From Nitrosopumilus sp. (GTDB taxonomy: Archaea > Thermoproteota > Nitrososphaeria > Nitrososphaerales > Nitrosopumilaceae), in contig OZ252243.1 in the NCBI GenBank assembly GCA_965249555.1, positions 800,001 through 864,000 on the forward strand: 64,000 bases of DNA. The letters run 5' to 3'. The notes under the pieces were generated by a model. The model ran no database searches, had not been told where the DNA came from, and saw nothing but the letters and a program-made list of their open reading frames with translations. This document shows, piece by piece, positions 31,797 through 42,005 of the stretch (the first letter of the stretch is position 1; the number at the start of each line of letters is the position of its first letter). A program made the position numbers and the translations under genes.

Positions 31797-32478
31797 TTAA
31801 AGCCGTTTTCATATCTTCACACCTAAATGATTTTAATGATGCATTTTTGCTATTCATTAAGAATTACCGATACATCATAAATTCAGAGCATGACAGAAAA
31901 AGATGATAATGGTCAACCTTAAAAGAATGAATAAAGATATCAAAATCAGTAAACGAGTTTAATAGGATTCACAATAGTATTAATTTCCAAATTATCATTT
32001 TATCAAGAATCATCCACCCTGCAACATTAGCAAATGCACTAAATGCTGCTGAAATTACAATTCCTACAAAAAAGAACGGAATTGCAAAAAGGAACATGTA
32101 AAGTGGAAGGTAAAGAACTTGAGAAGAAAGAGAATGCATCACATAAAGTATCAGTGGTAAAACAACAACAATACCAATTTATGATACAATGGTAAGATCA
32201 CCAAGAGATGTCGCATACCAAAGCCAATAATTGAGATGTTAGGTGATCCAGATAGTTTGAAATTGATTGTTCGTGGAAAAGAGATTATCATGACTGGTAA
32301 TTGATCACAAACATTAAAAATAGAATAGGGGTTGATTTTGTATGGCACAGAAAAAATGCCCAAAATGTGGAGAATACTATGATGAACACACAAACCATCA
32401 ATGTGGTACATTAGGTGGAAGTGGAGACATAACAAAACAAGGTTCAGAAGAATCTGGACCTGGAATAGGTGGACAGGA

Positions 32479-32949
32479 TTAATCTATATTGTGATTTATT
32501 TTTGTAAATAAATTATTCAAATTTGTGTAATTGTATCCTGGATTTTCTTTTCTTGATTTATCAAATACTTGTTTTATTTTAGAATCATCATATAACATCT
32601 TGATATTTCTTCCATGTTGATGCAATACATGATCAAAATTCAACAGTTTATCTTTTTCAAACTCTGCCAAATATTCATAATGGTTGAGAACCTTGTATAT
32701 CTTATTATCATCTAATTCATTGGATTTTCCATCACTGATTTTGCACAATATTTCTCTAAAATCCTCACGTCTTACAGTATCAATCATTCTCAGACTAAGA
32801 TCAGCAGATGCTATCTTTGCACGTTGTATGTTTTGCCAAGCCAAAAAAAAGATAGTTCCAGCAGCCATGACCATACCAATGATTCCCCAGAAATCAGGAT
32901 ATTCCATTATCGTCATGCCAAATATGGGATTAATTTGGGTTTCTAACAC
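32479..32949 (-). CDS. membrane-anchored hypothetical protein (DUF4760-like)
   Basis: N-terminal TM segment and VLNHYEYLA motif. Confidence 0.6.
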   Translation of the reverse strand: MLETQINPIFGMTIMEYPDFWGIIGMVMAAGTIFFLAWQNIQRAKIASADLSLRMIDTVRREDFREILCKISDGKSNELDDNKIYKVLNHYEYLAEFEKDKLLNFDHVLHQHGRNIKMLYDDSKIKQVFDKSRKENPGYNYTNLNNLFTKINHNID

Positions 32950-32965
32950 ACCAAAGAACAGTTAG

Positions 32966-32989
32966 TTGAGACATGGGCATAATCCATTC
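32966..32989. mobile_element. orphan terminal inverted repeat of the DDE IS family at 51446-53844
   Basis: TTGAGACATGGGCATAATCCATTC is the exact reverse complement of 53821-53844; it is preceded by TTAG. Confidence 0.75.
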
Positions 32990-33261
32990 GTATGTATCAA
33001 CCTTTACGCACAAATCAATAAGCCTCGTATGGATACATGTCCGTCATCTTTTGTTTGAAAGCATTCCCTAGCGAAGGCTATGCCTTGGGATGCAAAAAAG
33101 TGGGAAATGTTTAAAAACAATTCACATGGATACATACGAGAATATATGTTCATGCTTATTCATAATTATAAACATTCAGAAAATAACGATCATTATTTTT
33201 TGAATTGTGATCATAATTTTGTTGATAGACTTTTTATAGGTCATTTTTGTAAAGTGTCTAG

Positions 33262-33738
33262 TTGACCGCTTCATCTCTTGCAGGTTTTTTCAATGGAATC
33301 AACAGAACCCTTTCCATGGATCAATTTGATGATAAACTAGAAGTTCAAAAAATAACTTACCTTGCTCAAGAATCTGGGATTGACCTAGGGTATGAATTTG
33401 AATGGTACATACGAGGTCCATATTGTAAACAAGTTTCTGAAGATGCACATACAGCTATAGATAATAAACTAACTGAACACCCAAATGATGTTGATTTAAA
33501 TCAAGAACAAGTTGAAGAGTTTGGAGAAATGTTAAGACCACATCTTGACAACACAGATTGGTTAGAAATTGCAGCTTCAATATTATATCTAAAAAATGAA
33601 AATTATGGAGATAAAGAATTATACGATATTATTGGCTACCTATTAGAAGACCTTACTTATGGTTACAAAAATTTTGAAGAAACTTTAGTTCGTAGGGTTT
33701 TAGCTGATATGCTAAAATTAAACATAATAACAGCATAA
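33262..33738 (+). CDS. YwgA/DarG-C/Panacea-like winged-helix protein (antitoxin-like)
   Basis: LEVQKITYLAQ..G...F.WY..GPY and WLEIAAS motifs. Confidence 0.7.
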   Translation: MTASSLAGFFNGINRTLSMDQFDDKLEVQKITYLAQESGIDLGYEFEWYIRGPYCKQVSEDAHTAIDNKLTEHPNDVDLNQEQVEEFGEMLRPHLDNTDWLEIAASILYLKNENYGDKELYDIIGYLLEDLTYGYKNFEETLVRRVLADMLKLNIITA

Positions 33739-33782
33739 CAGAATATTTAAAACTATATTCTCTATCGTTAAATAGTATTAAT

Positions 33783-34787
33783 TTGTTTGATCAAAAATGG
33801 AAAGAAATTCTTCAAGATGTAAAAGATAATGGTATTACAGTTAAACGAGGTGAAAAAAGAGCATTCAGAGAGAAAATTTCATATCAATTTCAAATAGATG
33901 ACCCAAGAGATAGGATACTTTTTAACAAAAATTTTGGTTTGAATATATTTCAATGTATAGGACAGTTTTTGTGGATTACACAAGGTAGTTTCAATGCTGA
34001 AACAATCAAATATTATGCTCCATTTTCGTCAAAGTATTCTTCTGATGGATTCAAGATGATTGGTGCTTATGGACCAAGATTATTTGGAATACATCATTTA
34101 GAACAAATCAAACACGTTATCAATGTACTAGATGAAGACACATCCAGAAGAAGGGCAGTCGCATCAATTTATCTTCCACAATTTGATCAACACAAAACAG
34201 CCGATGAAGTACCTTGTACACTAAATTTACAGTATTTAGTACGAGAGCAAAAAGTTCAATCAGTCACATACATGCGAAGTCAAAATGCCTTTAGGCTTTT
34301 GCCTTATGATGTATTTTTATTTACAATGTTACAAGAGTACGTCAATGCAGTTTTGACTACTGCACACAATACAAAACTAGGAAAATACAATCATTATAGT
34401 GGTAGTTTTCATATTTACATGGATGAATTAAATGTAATTGAAAATGTTTTAGAAGATAATACAAATGAAACTTTCCAAATGGAACCCATGCCATCAAAAA
34501 ATATCATTTTAAAATTACAAAAATTAAATAGATTTGAATCAATAGTTAGAACTATCATCTCTTCACATGAAAAAAGAAATAATTCCATTGATTTTGATTT
34601 TCTGTTTGAAATTTGTGAAGAATGGTTTGATGATTCTTATTGGAAACAATTTGCTTTATTATTGATTTGTTATGGTGCAATAATAATGAAAAATGATGAA
34701 AACAGAGATCGTGTCATATCATCATTAGAGCCAATTTACAAGTACATGGTACAAATGTATATTAATAAAAAAGCAAATTCAAGTTAA
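33783..34787 (+). CDS. atypical thymidylate-synthase-superfamily protein (dCMP-modifying type)
   Basis: AYGPRL, SRRA, VPCT, MRSQNA, LPYD and SFHIY motifs, plus an extra C-terminal helical region. Confidence 0.85.
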   Translation: MFDQKWKEILQDVKDNGITVKRGEKRAFREKISYQFQIDDPRDRILFNKNFGLNIFQCIGQFLWITQGSFNAETIKYYAPFSSKYSSDGFKMIGAYGPRLFGIHHLEQIKHVINVLDEDTSRRRAVASIYLPQFDQHKTADEVPCTLNLQYLVREQKVQSVTYMRSQNAFRLLPYDVFLFTMLQEYVNAVLTTAHNTKLGKYNHYSGSFHIYMDELNVIENVLEDNTNETFQMEPMPSKNIILKLQKLNRFESIVRTIISSHEKRNNSIDFDFLFEICEEWFDDSYWKQFALLLICYGAIIMKNDENRDRVISSLEPIYKYMVQMYINKKANSS

Positions 34788-35315
34788 AATTGAATTAGAA
34801 TATTTACGAAGTGAACGATACCAATCTAATTTCTCATTATACTTTGTATCAGCATAACTCTGTCCACTTGTTGAAGGTACAAGATAAATTCGTATGTCCT
34901 CATACTTGTATTGAAACCCATATTCTAAGTTGGAATATTGATTCTGTGAATATATCCTAAAACCCATTTTACCAACAAATGCAACTATTTTAGGCTTGAA
35001 TAAATTCAGAGTTCGATTGAGTCTTCTGGTACTTTTAATCGTGTATCTCTGTTTAATATCAGAAACTGTTCTAGTAGGTATTTTAACAATATCTGTTAGA
35101 CCATAACCAAACTTTAACATTTCTCTGTCATCTTCAGTTTTTAGTAATATGTTAGTTAGGCTTGATTCATACATTAATTTCCAAAATACATTAGAGTGTC
35201 CTGCAAAATAATGGCCAATTTGTGATGAACGTACACCGGGACTAGTACCTACAAAAAAAATTTTTAATTTTTTTTTCAAAATATCAGGTAAGGGCTTTAG
35301 TTTTGCATTCAACAA
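34779..35315 (-). CDS. MUG/TDG-family (family 2) uracil-DNA glycosylase
   Basis: VGTSPG..S...GHYFA...N.FW, GLTDIVK and VPSTSG motifs. Confidence 0.88.
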   Translation of the reverse strand: MLNAKLKPLPDILKKKLKIFFVGTSPGVRSSQIGHYFAGHSNVFWKLMYESSLTNILLKTEDDREMLKFGYGLTDIVKIPTRTVSDIKQRYTIKSTRRLNRTLNLFKPKIVAFVGKMGFRIYSQNQYSNLEYGFQYKYEDIRIYLVPSTSGQSYADTKYNEKLDWYRSLRKYSNSILT

Positions 35316-35568
35316 CTATTTGTAAAAAGACTCATAAAAAAAGATATGATAGTACGTAAAATGAATCCTTTTACCAAGTATAGATTACCCAATTTGGAAC
35401 AATTAAGATTTGATCATTAAATCTCTCATAGAGATTCACCATTATAGTTCAAACCATTAATATGACTAAACAAATCTTTGAACGAGATTTACAATATTAG
35501 TTTGACACTTTAAAATCAATTTCCATAATACTTGAGACTACAGGGTTTGGTTACTATAGTTTAAATCT

Positions 35569-35814
35569 CTAAACTTTTCTTCCGCTTTTCTTAACTTTAG
35601 CAACAGTTCGGCCATAGGATTTTCCAACCGGATTAACATCCACAGTTTTTCCGCCAATTTTTTTATTTAAATTATTTTTTGCTGTCACAAATCCTCGTTG
35701 TCCTTTTTCTGGAGCGTCTTTATCAGCTATTCTGATGTAATTACTGCCTCTAACTGGTCTATCTATTTTGAATGTGTCCCCATCAATTACTTTAGTAACT
35801 TTTCTTTTAACCAT
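35569..35814 (-). CDS. small thermonuclease (SNase-like)
   Basis: VIDGDTF, IRIADKDAPE and YGRTVA motifs. Confidence 0.85.
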   Translation of the reverse strand: MVKRKVTKVIDGDTFKIDRPVRGSNYIRIADKDAPEKGQRGFVTAKNNLNKKIGGKTVDVNPVGKSYGRTVAKVKKSGRKV

Positions 35815-36080
35815 ACTTGTGCTAAATTCACTATAATCATACTTAACTTACATGAATATCACAATAACCCGATCAGGCAAATTCTTTATAAAATAAATTC
35901 TAAAATTATTTCCAAAAGTAAAAAATAAAGTCATAACTTGCTACAACAATAACTGTAAAAACTATCAGTCCTTTTACCTCAAATTTTCGAAATACAATTA
36001 CATAAGATAGCCAAGGTTGAATATTTGTTCTTTTTTTGTAGATTATATTTTTTTATACATCTAATTACACTCAAACCATA

Positions 36081-37556
36081 TTGGACTTAAAACAATGGTA
36101 TCTAAAATATATCAATTACTTTAGAGAAGAGTATGAAAAATTATCTGTTGATGAAAAGAAAGGTATCAACAACACAAACAATTTTTTAAACCCATGCCAG
36201 ATTGAAATTTTTTGGGTTACTGATCCAGATTACCAATTAATAATACAATCTAATTTTAATGACAGACCAGATAAAGAAATCATTGTAAATGGACCATACA
36301 AACCACATGAATTTCATTCCAAGGTAATTGCAATATTAAACGACAAAAGATGGATACGTAACTTTAAGCAAAATTTGCCATACAGATATGAACAATTTGA
36401 CACTATAGGGGAGAAAATGGCCACAGAGGTTTGGAAGTTTATCGAGATGAGCAAGAATTATCCCTATACATCACAAAGAAGAGATCCTCATCCATTAACT
36501 GGGATGGCACTTGATGATACTTGGACTAGTACTCGTGTTGGTAATATTGGAGATCTTGATCATATACAAGAAATTAACAATATAATTCAAAAAATCAAAC
36601 AGCAAGCCAAATTCAAACAAGAAATAATACATACATCACAACAACCAACATCACTTGCAAATGACACATTTGATGGGTTTGGAGTTCATTTGTTTCCTCC
36701 AATTGTGATAGGTTCATTACACAAACGCAGTATAGAGGAATTAGTCTATAATACATCAAATTATCAGATACGTAATAATAAAGCATTTGATATGAAGATT
36801 TGTAATAAACAAATCATCGTCAACAAAGATGGGTTTATCTTTGTTGAAAGTAATAGTAAAGAAAATGCATTAAAAATTCTAAATCTAATCATGGCATTAG
36901 GTGTATTTTATAAATTTCCTCTGCATGCTGTTCGTGAGTATGAGTTGGTTATGGCTAACTATGACAAACAAAATTTAACTGTGACTAACATGCAATGGAA
37001 TACTGAAACGAGACGAGCACATCTAATGGATGATTTCTTTAATCCTATGTATAGTGGTAGCAATGTAAAAACCAATGTAAAATCAGATACCATAAAGGAA
37101 ATTCTCTCAAACACTGAAAAATTACTTGTACACGAAAAATTATCAGAAGACATGAGATTGCTCAATGAGGGCTTGACTCATTTTATTAACTCAGAATTTG
37201 CTCCATCTTTTATCATGGGTTGGAGTGTAATAGAGAGACATTACTCTGATCTCTGGAACACGTTCCTCTATCAGAAAAATATTGATCATGAACGTTTATC
37301 CAAACTAAACAATTTAGGTCAATGGACAATTGACTATATTTTGGAAGTTCTTAGCCTTCAAGACAAAATTGATGAGAATTCTTTTGATCTTTTAATGGAA
37401 CTAAAAAGAAAGCGTAACAAGTTCTATCATAATGGAAAGCAAGTAACAAAAGAGGATGCTGATCGCTGTCTTAAATGTGCTATGAAACTAGTTGTTGAGA
37501 AAATTAATCTGTACATTAAATTATCAGATAATCTAATGCTTACAAATATATCCTGA
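36081..37556 (+). CDS. HEPN-domain (ApeA-like) protein
   Basis: C-terminal W..IE helix and RNKFYH (Rx4H) motif. Confidence 0.7.
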   Translation: MDLKQWYLKYINYFREEYEKLSVDEKKGINNTNNFLNPCQIEIFWVTDPDYQLIIQSNFNDRPDKEIIVNGPYKPHEFHSKVIAILNDKRWIRNFKQNLPYRYEQFDTIGEKMATEVWKFIEMSKNYPYTSQRRDPHPLTGMALDDTWTSTRVGNIGDLDHIQEINNIIQKIKQQAKFKQEIIHTSQQPTSLANDTFDGFGVHLFPPIVIGSLHKRSIEELVYNTSNYQIRNNKAFDMKICNKQIIVNKDGFIFVESNSKENALKILNLIMALGVFYKFPLHAVREYELVMANYDKQNLTVTNMQWNTETRRAHLMDDFFNPMYSGSNVKTNVKSDTIKEILSNTEKLLVHEKLSEDMRLLNEGLTHFINSEFAPSFIMGWSVIERHYSDLWNTFLYQKNIDHERLSKLNNLGQWTIDYILEVLSLQDKIDENSFDLLMELKRKRNKFYHNGKQVTKEDADRCLKCAMKLVVEKINLYIKLSDNLMLTNIS

Positions 37557-37944
37557 TGTGATAAAACAATATCCCTTAAGATCAGATTGGCAGAGTAATG
37601 TGAAGAGAAATTAATGACATTCTAAGATTGTATGAGTTTAGCTGGTTATCTAATGAGAAAAATAGTTGCTGGCTAAAAACGTTTTTTGCCAAAATCAGAA
37701 GCATTTTTCATAAGGTAATTTTATGATTGGATTTCTCCATGTAATCGTAAATTATCACAAGGGATTTGAAAAGGATATCTCTGATGTGGAATACATTTTT
37801 CTATATCCATTATTTCTAATTTAGGAATCAAGTCATATCCATAAGAAGTATAATAAAAAAAATATTCTTTTTTAATAGAGTTAAAAATACCATGACCGAA
37901 AAGTTGTGGAGGATCTGTTTCATTGGCACCGCCAATTGTAACTA

Positions 37945-39035
37945 TAGCGACGATCAAAAGTTCGTGAACATCTTTGCAGGATTTCTAAAAATATAATTAA
38001 CAACATCAAGTTTGAATTTTTTTTGTTCCAAAGTATTGTGACACTGCATTATTCATTATTGTAAACATTGCATAATATTCTGATACCAACAACACATGCC
38101 TGCTTATCTTCCAACACTGCTCTATCATGTTTAGATATGGTGATCCTTTTGGTAGCCAAATCAGTTTAACATCTGGATTATCTGTCAAAAAGTCCTTGAC
38201 CTTCTTTGATTTGTGCACTGATGCCCTGTCAAGTATCAACGCAATTTTACCATATTTGTAGTGTAACTCTTTTAGATATTCTACAAATGTTATGCCGTTG
38301 AATTTTTTATAAATTCTAAACAGTTGGTCTCCATTGATTGTAATTGTTCCATACACTGCCAAACTTTCATGGTTTCCCACATATGGGAGAAATATTCTTT
38401 TGGCAACTGGTGACCAATATTTTCGTCCTGCTTTTACATCCCTAACAAAGAATGCCTCATCAAGCATTGCAATGGTGAATCCACTCTTTTTTAGGTGTGG
38501 AATTCTCTTTTTCATGCGTTGCTGCCAGCTGCGCACAGCTGTTACACTTGCATGATTGACGTGATATTTTTGTGCAGTTTTAGCAGACATTCCATACTGG
38601 CGCATTATTTTTCTGACATGTGTTATGTGAAATTTTATTCCAGTAGAATCAAATATTGTCTGCTGCAGCATTACAGGTGTAAATAGTGTCAACATAATTT
38701 TGAACATAATAGAATCCATTTGCTTCTTTGGGATTACACATGGTCTTCCACTCCTTGGGTGATCGTAGAGGCCGTCAAGGCCATCTACTTTAAAACGATC
38801 AACCCATTTGCGTACCCAGTTTGTACAGCGGTATAGTGTTTGTGCGGTGTACTCTAATTCCTTACCCTCTTTGAGAACCATTAGTACTGCAAGCATCCTG
38901 ACTGCCGCTTTGGAGTTTTCCTTTTTGTATGCTACTTCAAGCTGTTCTAACTTGTTCATGTGTTTCATTGTGTGTGGTGATCAAAAAGTCTTTCGTTTTG
39001 ATGATTTTTAGTTCACGAACTTTGGCTCTTCGCTA
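37945..39035 (-). mobile_element. IS630-family insertion sequence
   Basis: Terminal inverted repeats (TA)TAGCGAcGAtCaAAAGTTCGTGAAC and its reverse complement with 3 mismatches; TA duplication at 37943-44 and 39036-37. Confidence 0.93.
38006..38968 (-). CDS. IS630 transposase
   Basis: HTH (PRSGRP) and DDE motifs LDEAFF, LDRASVH, SPYLNMIE; the frame is uninterrupted. Confidence 0.93.
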   Translation of the reverse strand: MKHMNKLEQLEVAYKKENSKAAVRMLAVLMVLKEGKELEYTAQTLYRCTNWVRKWVDRFKVDGLDGLYDHPRSGRPCVIPKKQMDSIMFKIMLTLFTPVMLQQTIFDSTGIKFHITHVRKIMRQYGMSAKTAQKYHVNHASVTAVRSWQQRMKKRIPHLKKSGFTIAMLDEAFFVRDVKAGRKYWSPVAKRIFLPYVGNHESLAVYGTITINGDQLFRIYKKFNGITFVEYLKELHYKYGKIALILDRASVHKSKKVKDFLTDNPDVKLIWLPKGSPYLNMIEQCWKISRHVLLVSEYYAMFTIMNNAVSQYFGTKKIQT

Positions 39036-39164
39036 TACAAACTATTGTTTTACCACTAATATTATTTCAATCCATAATTTAAAAAATAAAAAATAAGATA
39101 AAATAATTGCGATCAAAGAAAAACAACTCAAAACTTATAATGGCATATTAGATCGATCCGTTAC

Positions 39165-39935
39165 TTGTGGAATAATAAACCAATCAACATCAAAACAGCA
39201 ATAAAACCTCTTGGAGGATGTCAGGATCAACCTTGGTTGATGGAAGATGATGATAAAAAACAATATGTAGTAAAATTCAGAAGAAATGACAATATTCCAA
39301 CTATCATGAATGAGATTTTTGCAAACAAATTAGCAGTACAATTGAATCTGCCAGTTCCAAAAATGTTTCTTGTAAATGTAGATGAACAATTAATTAACAA
39401 AGTTCCAGAATTAACACAACGTAAAATCAAAGGAGGGAGACATATAGCTACAGAATTTATAAAAAACTCTATCACAATGAATGATTTACTTGGTTTCCCT
39501 ACACAAAACCGTAATATTTTAAATATGGATCAAGTTCCAAAGTTTGTTATTTTTGATATGATGTTATACAACAATGACAGACATAATAAAAATATATTAC
39601 TTGCAAAAAATTACGATGGTAATTACAAATATTACTTGATAGATCATGGAACTATCTTTTGTGGGAAATTTTGGGGAAAATCTATTTATAATTTACGATA
39701 TAAAAAAATACGTAATAATTGGCAAACAAATGGATCTAACTATATCGATGCTTATCAGGATTTTGCAGAAACAGTAAATGATTTAAAAAAATCAGATTAT
39801 TGGAATTCTGCGAATTATATTATAGATGAGTTTTTATTACATTCTCAAACCCCAAAATTCATAGTGAATAAACTCGTTCAGGATAATCAAAAGACAATAC
39901 TTAATTTTATCAATGATTCAATAAAGAGTAGATAA
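39165..39935 (+). CDS. HipA-like Ser/Thr kinase
   Basis: YVVKF, NEIFA..LA..LNLPVP, FD....NNDRH..N and LIDHG motifs. Confidence 0.85.
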   Translation: MWNNKPINIKTAIKPLGGCQDQPWLMEDDDKKQYVVKFRRNDNIPTIMNEIFANKLAVQLNLPVPKMFLVNVDEQLINKVPELTQRKIKGGRHIATEFIKNSITMNDLLGFPTQNRNILNMDQVPKFVIFDMMLYNNDRHNKNILLAKNYDGNYKYYLIDHGTIFCGKFWGKSIYNLRYKKIRNNWQTNGSNYIDAYQDFAETVNDLKKSDYWNSANYIIDEFLLHSQTPKFIVNKLVQDNQKTILNFINDSIKSR

Positions 39936-39938
39936 AAA

Positions 39939-40727
39939 ATGACGTGGTTTTCGTATACAGTAGTAAAATTTATTCCAGATCCAGTAAAAGATGAACGAGT
40001 TAATATTGGGGTTATTGTACTTGGTGATGATGGTTCTTGCAAATCTAAATTCGTTAAAAATTTTAATTTCATAAAAAAAATATATTCTATAAGTGATGTT
40101 GATTTATTAGAATTTGTTTTATCAAATTATGATTATAATAAATCCAAACAAGATGTAAATCTTCTTCAGAAGTTATATGAGAATTCTATTCGTGATCATA
40201 GAATAAAGGTAGAATCTCCTCGTGCTATTAATTCAAACTCTATCCTTGTAGCTGTTGATGAATTATTTTTACAAATGATTAGTATTCCTGAAAAACAACA
40301 TATCTCTAATGCTTTGACTGATTTGGATAATAAAATTACAAAAATTTTATACAAAAAAATAAAAATGCAAAGACGATTTGTAAAGCGACATCATTGTGTA
40401 TCGGGTAAAAAAACAAATAGTAAATATGATTATGTGTTTATGAATGGACATGTAACTAACATCCTACAGAGAATATCTTTTGATATTTTAAACAAAGATC
40501 ATGCATTACAAAAAGTAAAATCATTTGTGTATGATTCTATAGATATTCATGAAAAATTAGATAATATAACTTGTGTTGCATATGTACCAACGCCCAAAAA
40601 GATTTGCGAACAACATGTTGAAGCTGTAGAGGTTTTAAAATCATCTAAATATTGTACATTGGTAGATGATAATTCCTTAGAGACATGTTTAGTACGAATT
40701 CATGAAAAGCATACACAAACAAGTTAG
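39939..40727 (+). CDS. DUF3037-family partner protein
   Basis: YTVVKFIPDPVKDERVNIGVIV N-terminal signature; starts 3 nt after the kinase. Confidence 0.82.
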   Translation: MTWFSYTVVKFIPDPVKDERVNIGVIVLGDDGSCKSKFVKNFNFIKKIYSISDVDLLEFVLSNYDYNKSKQDVNLLQKLYENSIRDHRIKVESPRAINSNSILVAVDELFLQMISIPEKQHISNALTDLDNKITKILYKKIKMQRRFVKRHHCVSGKKTNSKYDYVFMNGHVTNILQRISFDILNKDHALQKVKSFVYDSIDIHEKLDNITCVAYVPTPKKICEQHVEAVEVLKSSKYCTLVDDNSLETCLVRIHEKHTQTS

Positions 40728-40885
40728 TATTAAAAAAATATTTATTTACAACAATTAAACAACCAAATCCACACAAAGAAACTTTGTCTTATCTCACTAA
40801 TTAATTTCAGAGTCTAAAACAAAAACAGGTATAATTCTGATCGCCATTCTTTTATTCTGACATATATTTTATATCTACAATTACA

Positions 40886-41500
40886 TTGAAAACAACAATA
40901 CTATTGTTGGCAGCAATATTGTTTATTCCAGTAGGAATTAACGGTATATCTGCACAGACAATACTAGGTGGAGATAATACAGATGTAGGGTCTACTGGTC
41001 ATATATTGCTGGATATTACAACATTAGAATCATACAAGTTACATCCTGAAATAACAAGAGAAATGTTAGAGGTTCTGCCAGGTGAACAACCATTAACAGT
41101 AGAATTTGGACAAGCTTATGATGAGATTAATCTTATCGGATTTGGTATAGAGGATCATATCAGATCAGAGTATGTGGAGTTTTTGGAGGATTTACCGATA
41201 ACAACTTTTGGAAAAATGGGTAATGCTTTGAGTGTTGGAATTGATCCATCTTATAAAGATCAATTAGATAATATCAAAGAACAGTTAGAAATTATGTATC
41301 CTAATGTAGATACTGATGTTGTAATTGCATCAACGCTTACATATCACGATACATTTTCTAAAACCTCTACAGTAAATACTGCAATTCCAAATGGTGATAG
41401 AACATCATTAGTTAATACCATACAAGTAACAAATCATGCAACTCTAAACTCTATGACAATAAGCATTACAGTTGATCAGCATCAAACCTGTGACAATTAG
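40886..41500 (+). pseudogene. truncated secreted protein (ends in a P-domain-like start)
   Basis: Signal peptide; the C-terminal TAIPNG...TIQV...TISITVDQH breaks off. Confidence 0.5.
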
Positions 41501-41825
41501 CTGGACTGGTGGATCTTGGGAGATGTTGACTTGGTCTATTGCTGACTTTGATAATCGCCACCATGGTTCTTTTAGAACTCCTGGTGGATTGGCTTACTTT
41601 ATTGTTGGATGGGAATACATTGATGTTGAACAAAACACATTCCACTTGATAGGATTTGTTGATAATGAACGTAATCTATGTAATTCTGAAAACCATGAAC
41701 AAATGTTTACTTTTGATATGTATTGTGATTGTAACGGTACTAATTTTGATATGATTTCAAGACATCCAAATGGATATAATTTCACTGCTAATGATATGCA
41801 GGTTAGTGCTGCTTGTATGTATTGA
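41472..41825 (+). CDS. hypothetical protein / fragment
   Basis: 117 aa ORF. Confidence 0.4.
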   Translation: MISIKPVTISWTGGSWEMLTWSIADFDNRHHGSFRTPGGLAYFIVGWEYIDVEQNTFHLIGFVDNERNLCNSENHEQMFTFDMYCDCNGTNFDMISRHPNGYNFTANDMQVSAACMY

Positions 41826-41872
41826 ATTCTCCAATAAATTAAGTATCTAAAATAGTAGGTAGAAAAAAGTAC

Positions 41873-41946
41873 CGGGTCTAGAGGGATTCGGACCCTCGAC
41901 AACCGGATTAAGAGTCCGGTGCGCTACCTGGCTGCGCCATAGACCC
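41873..41946 (-). tRNA. tRNA-Lys(CTT)
   Basis: Reverse complement GGGTCTA...CCGGA-CTCTTAA-TCCGG...TAGACCCG. Confidence 0.96.
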
Positions 41947-42005
41947 ACCAAAATGAATTAGCCCAGAGTTGTTATTAATCTTAAGATTGTAAAATAAAGG
42001 AAAAT

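Noticed and set aside
33783-34787. Housekeeping thyA
   Set aside because: Asp at the dUMP-specificity position, other altered catalytic residues, and island context.
37721-37957. Gene interrupted by IS630
   Set aside because: Rejoining the TA target site leaves a stop codon just upstream in frame, so a gene cannot be supported.
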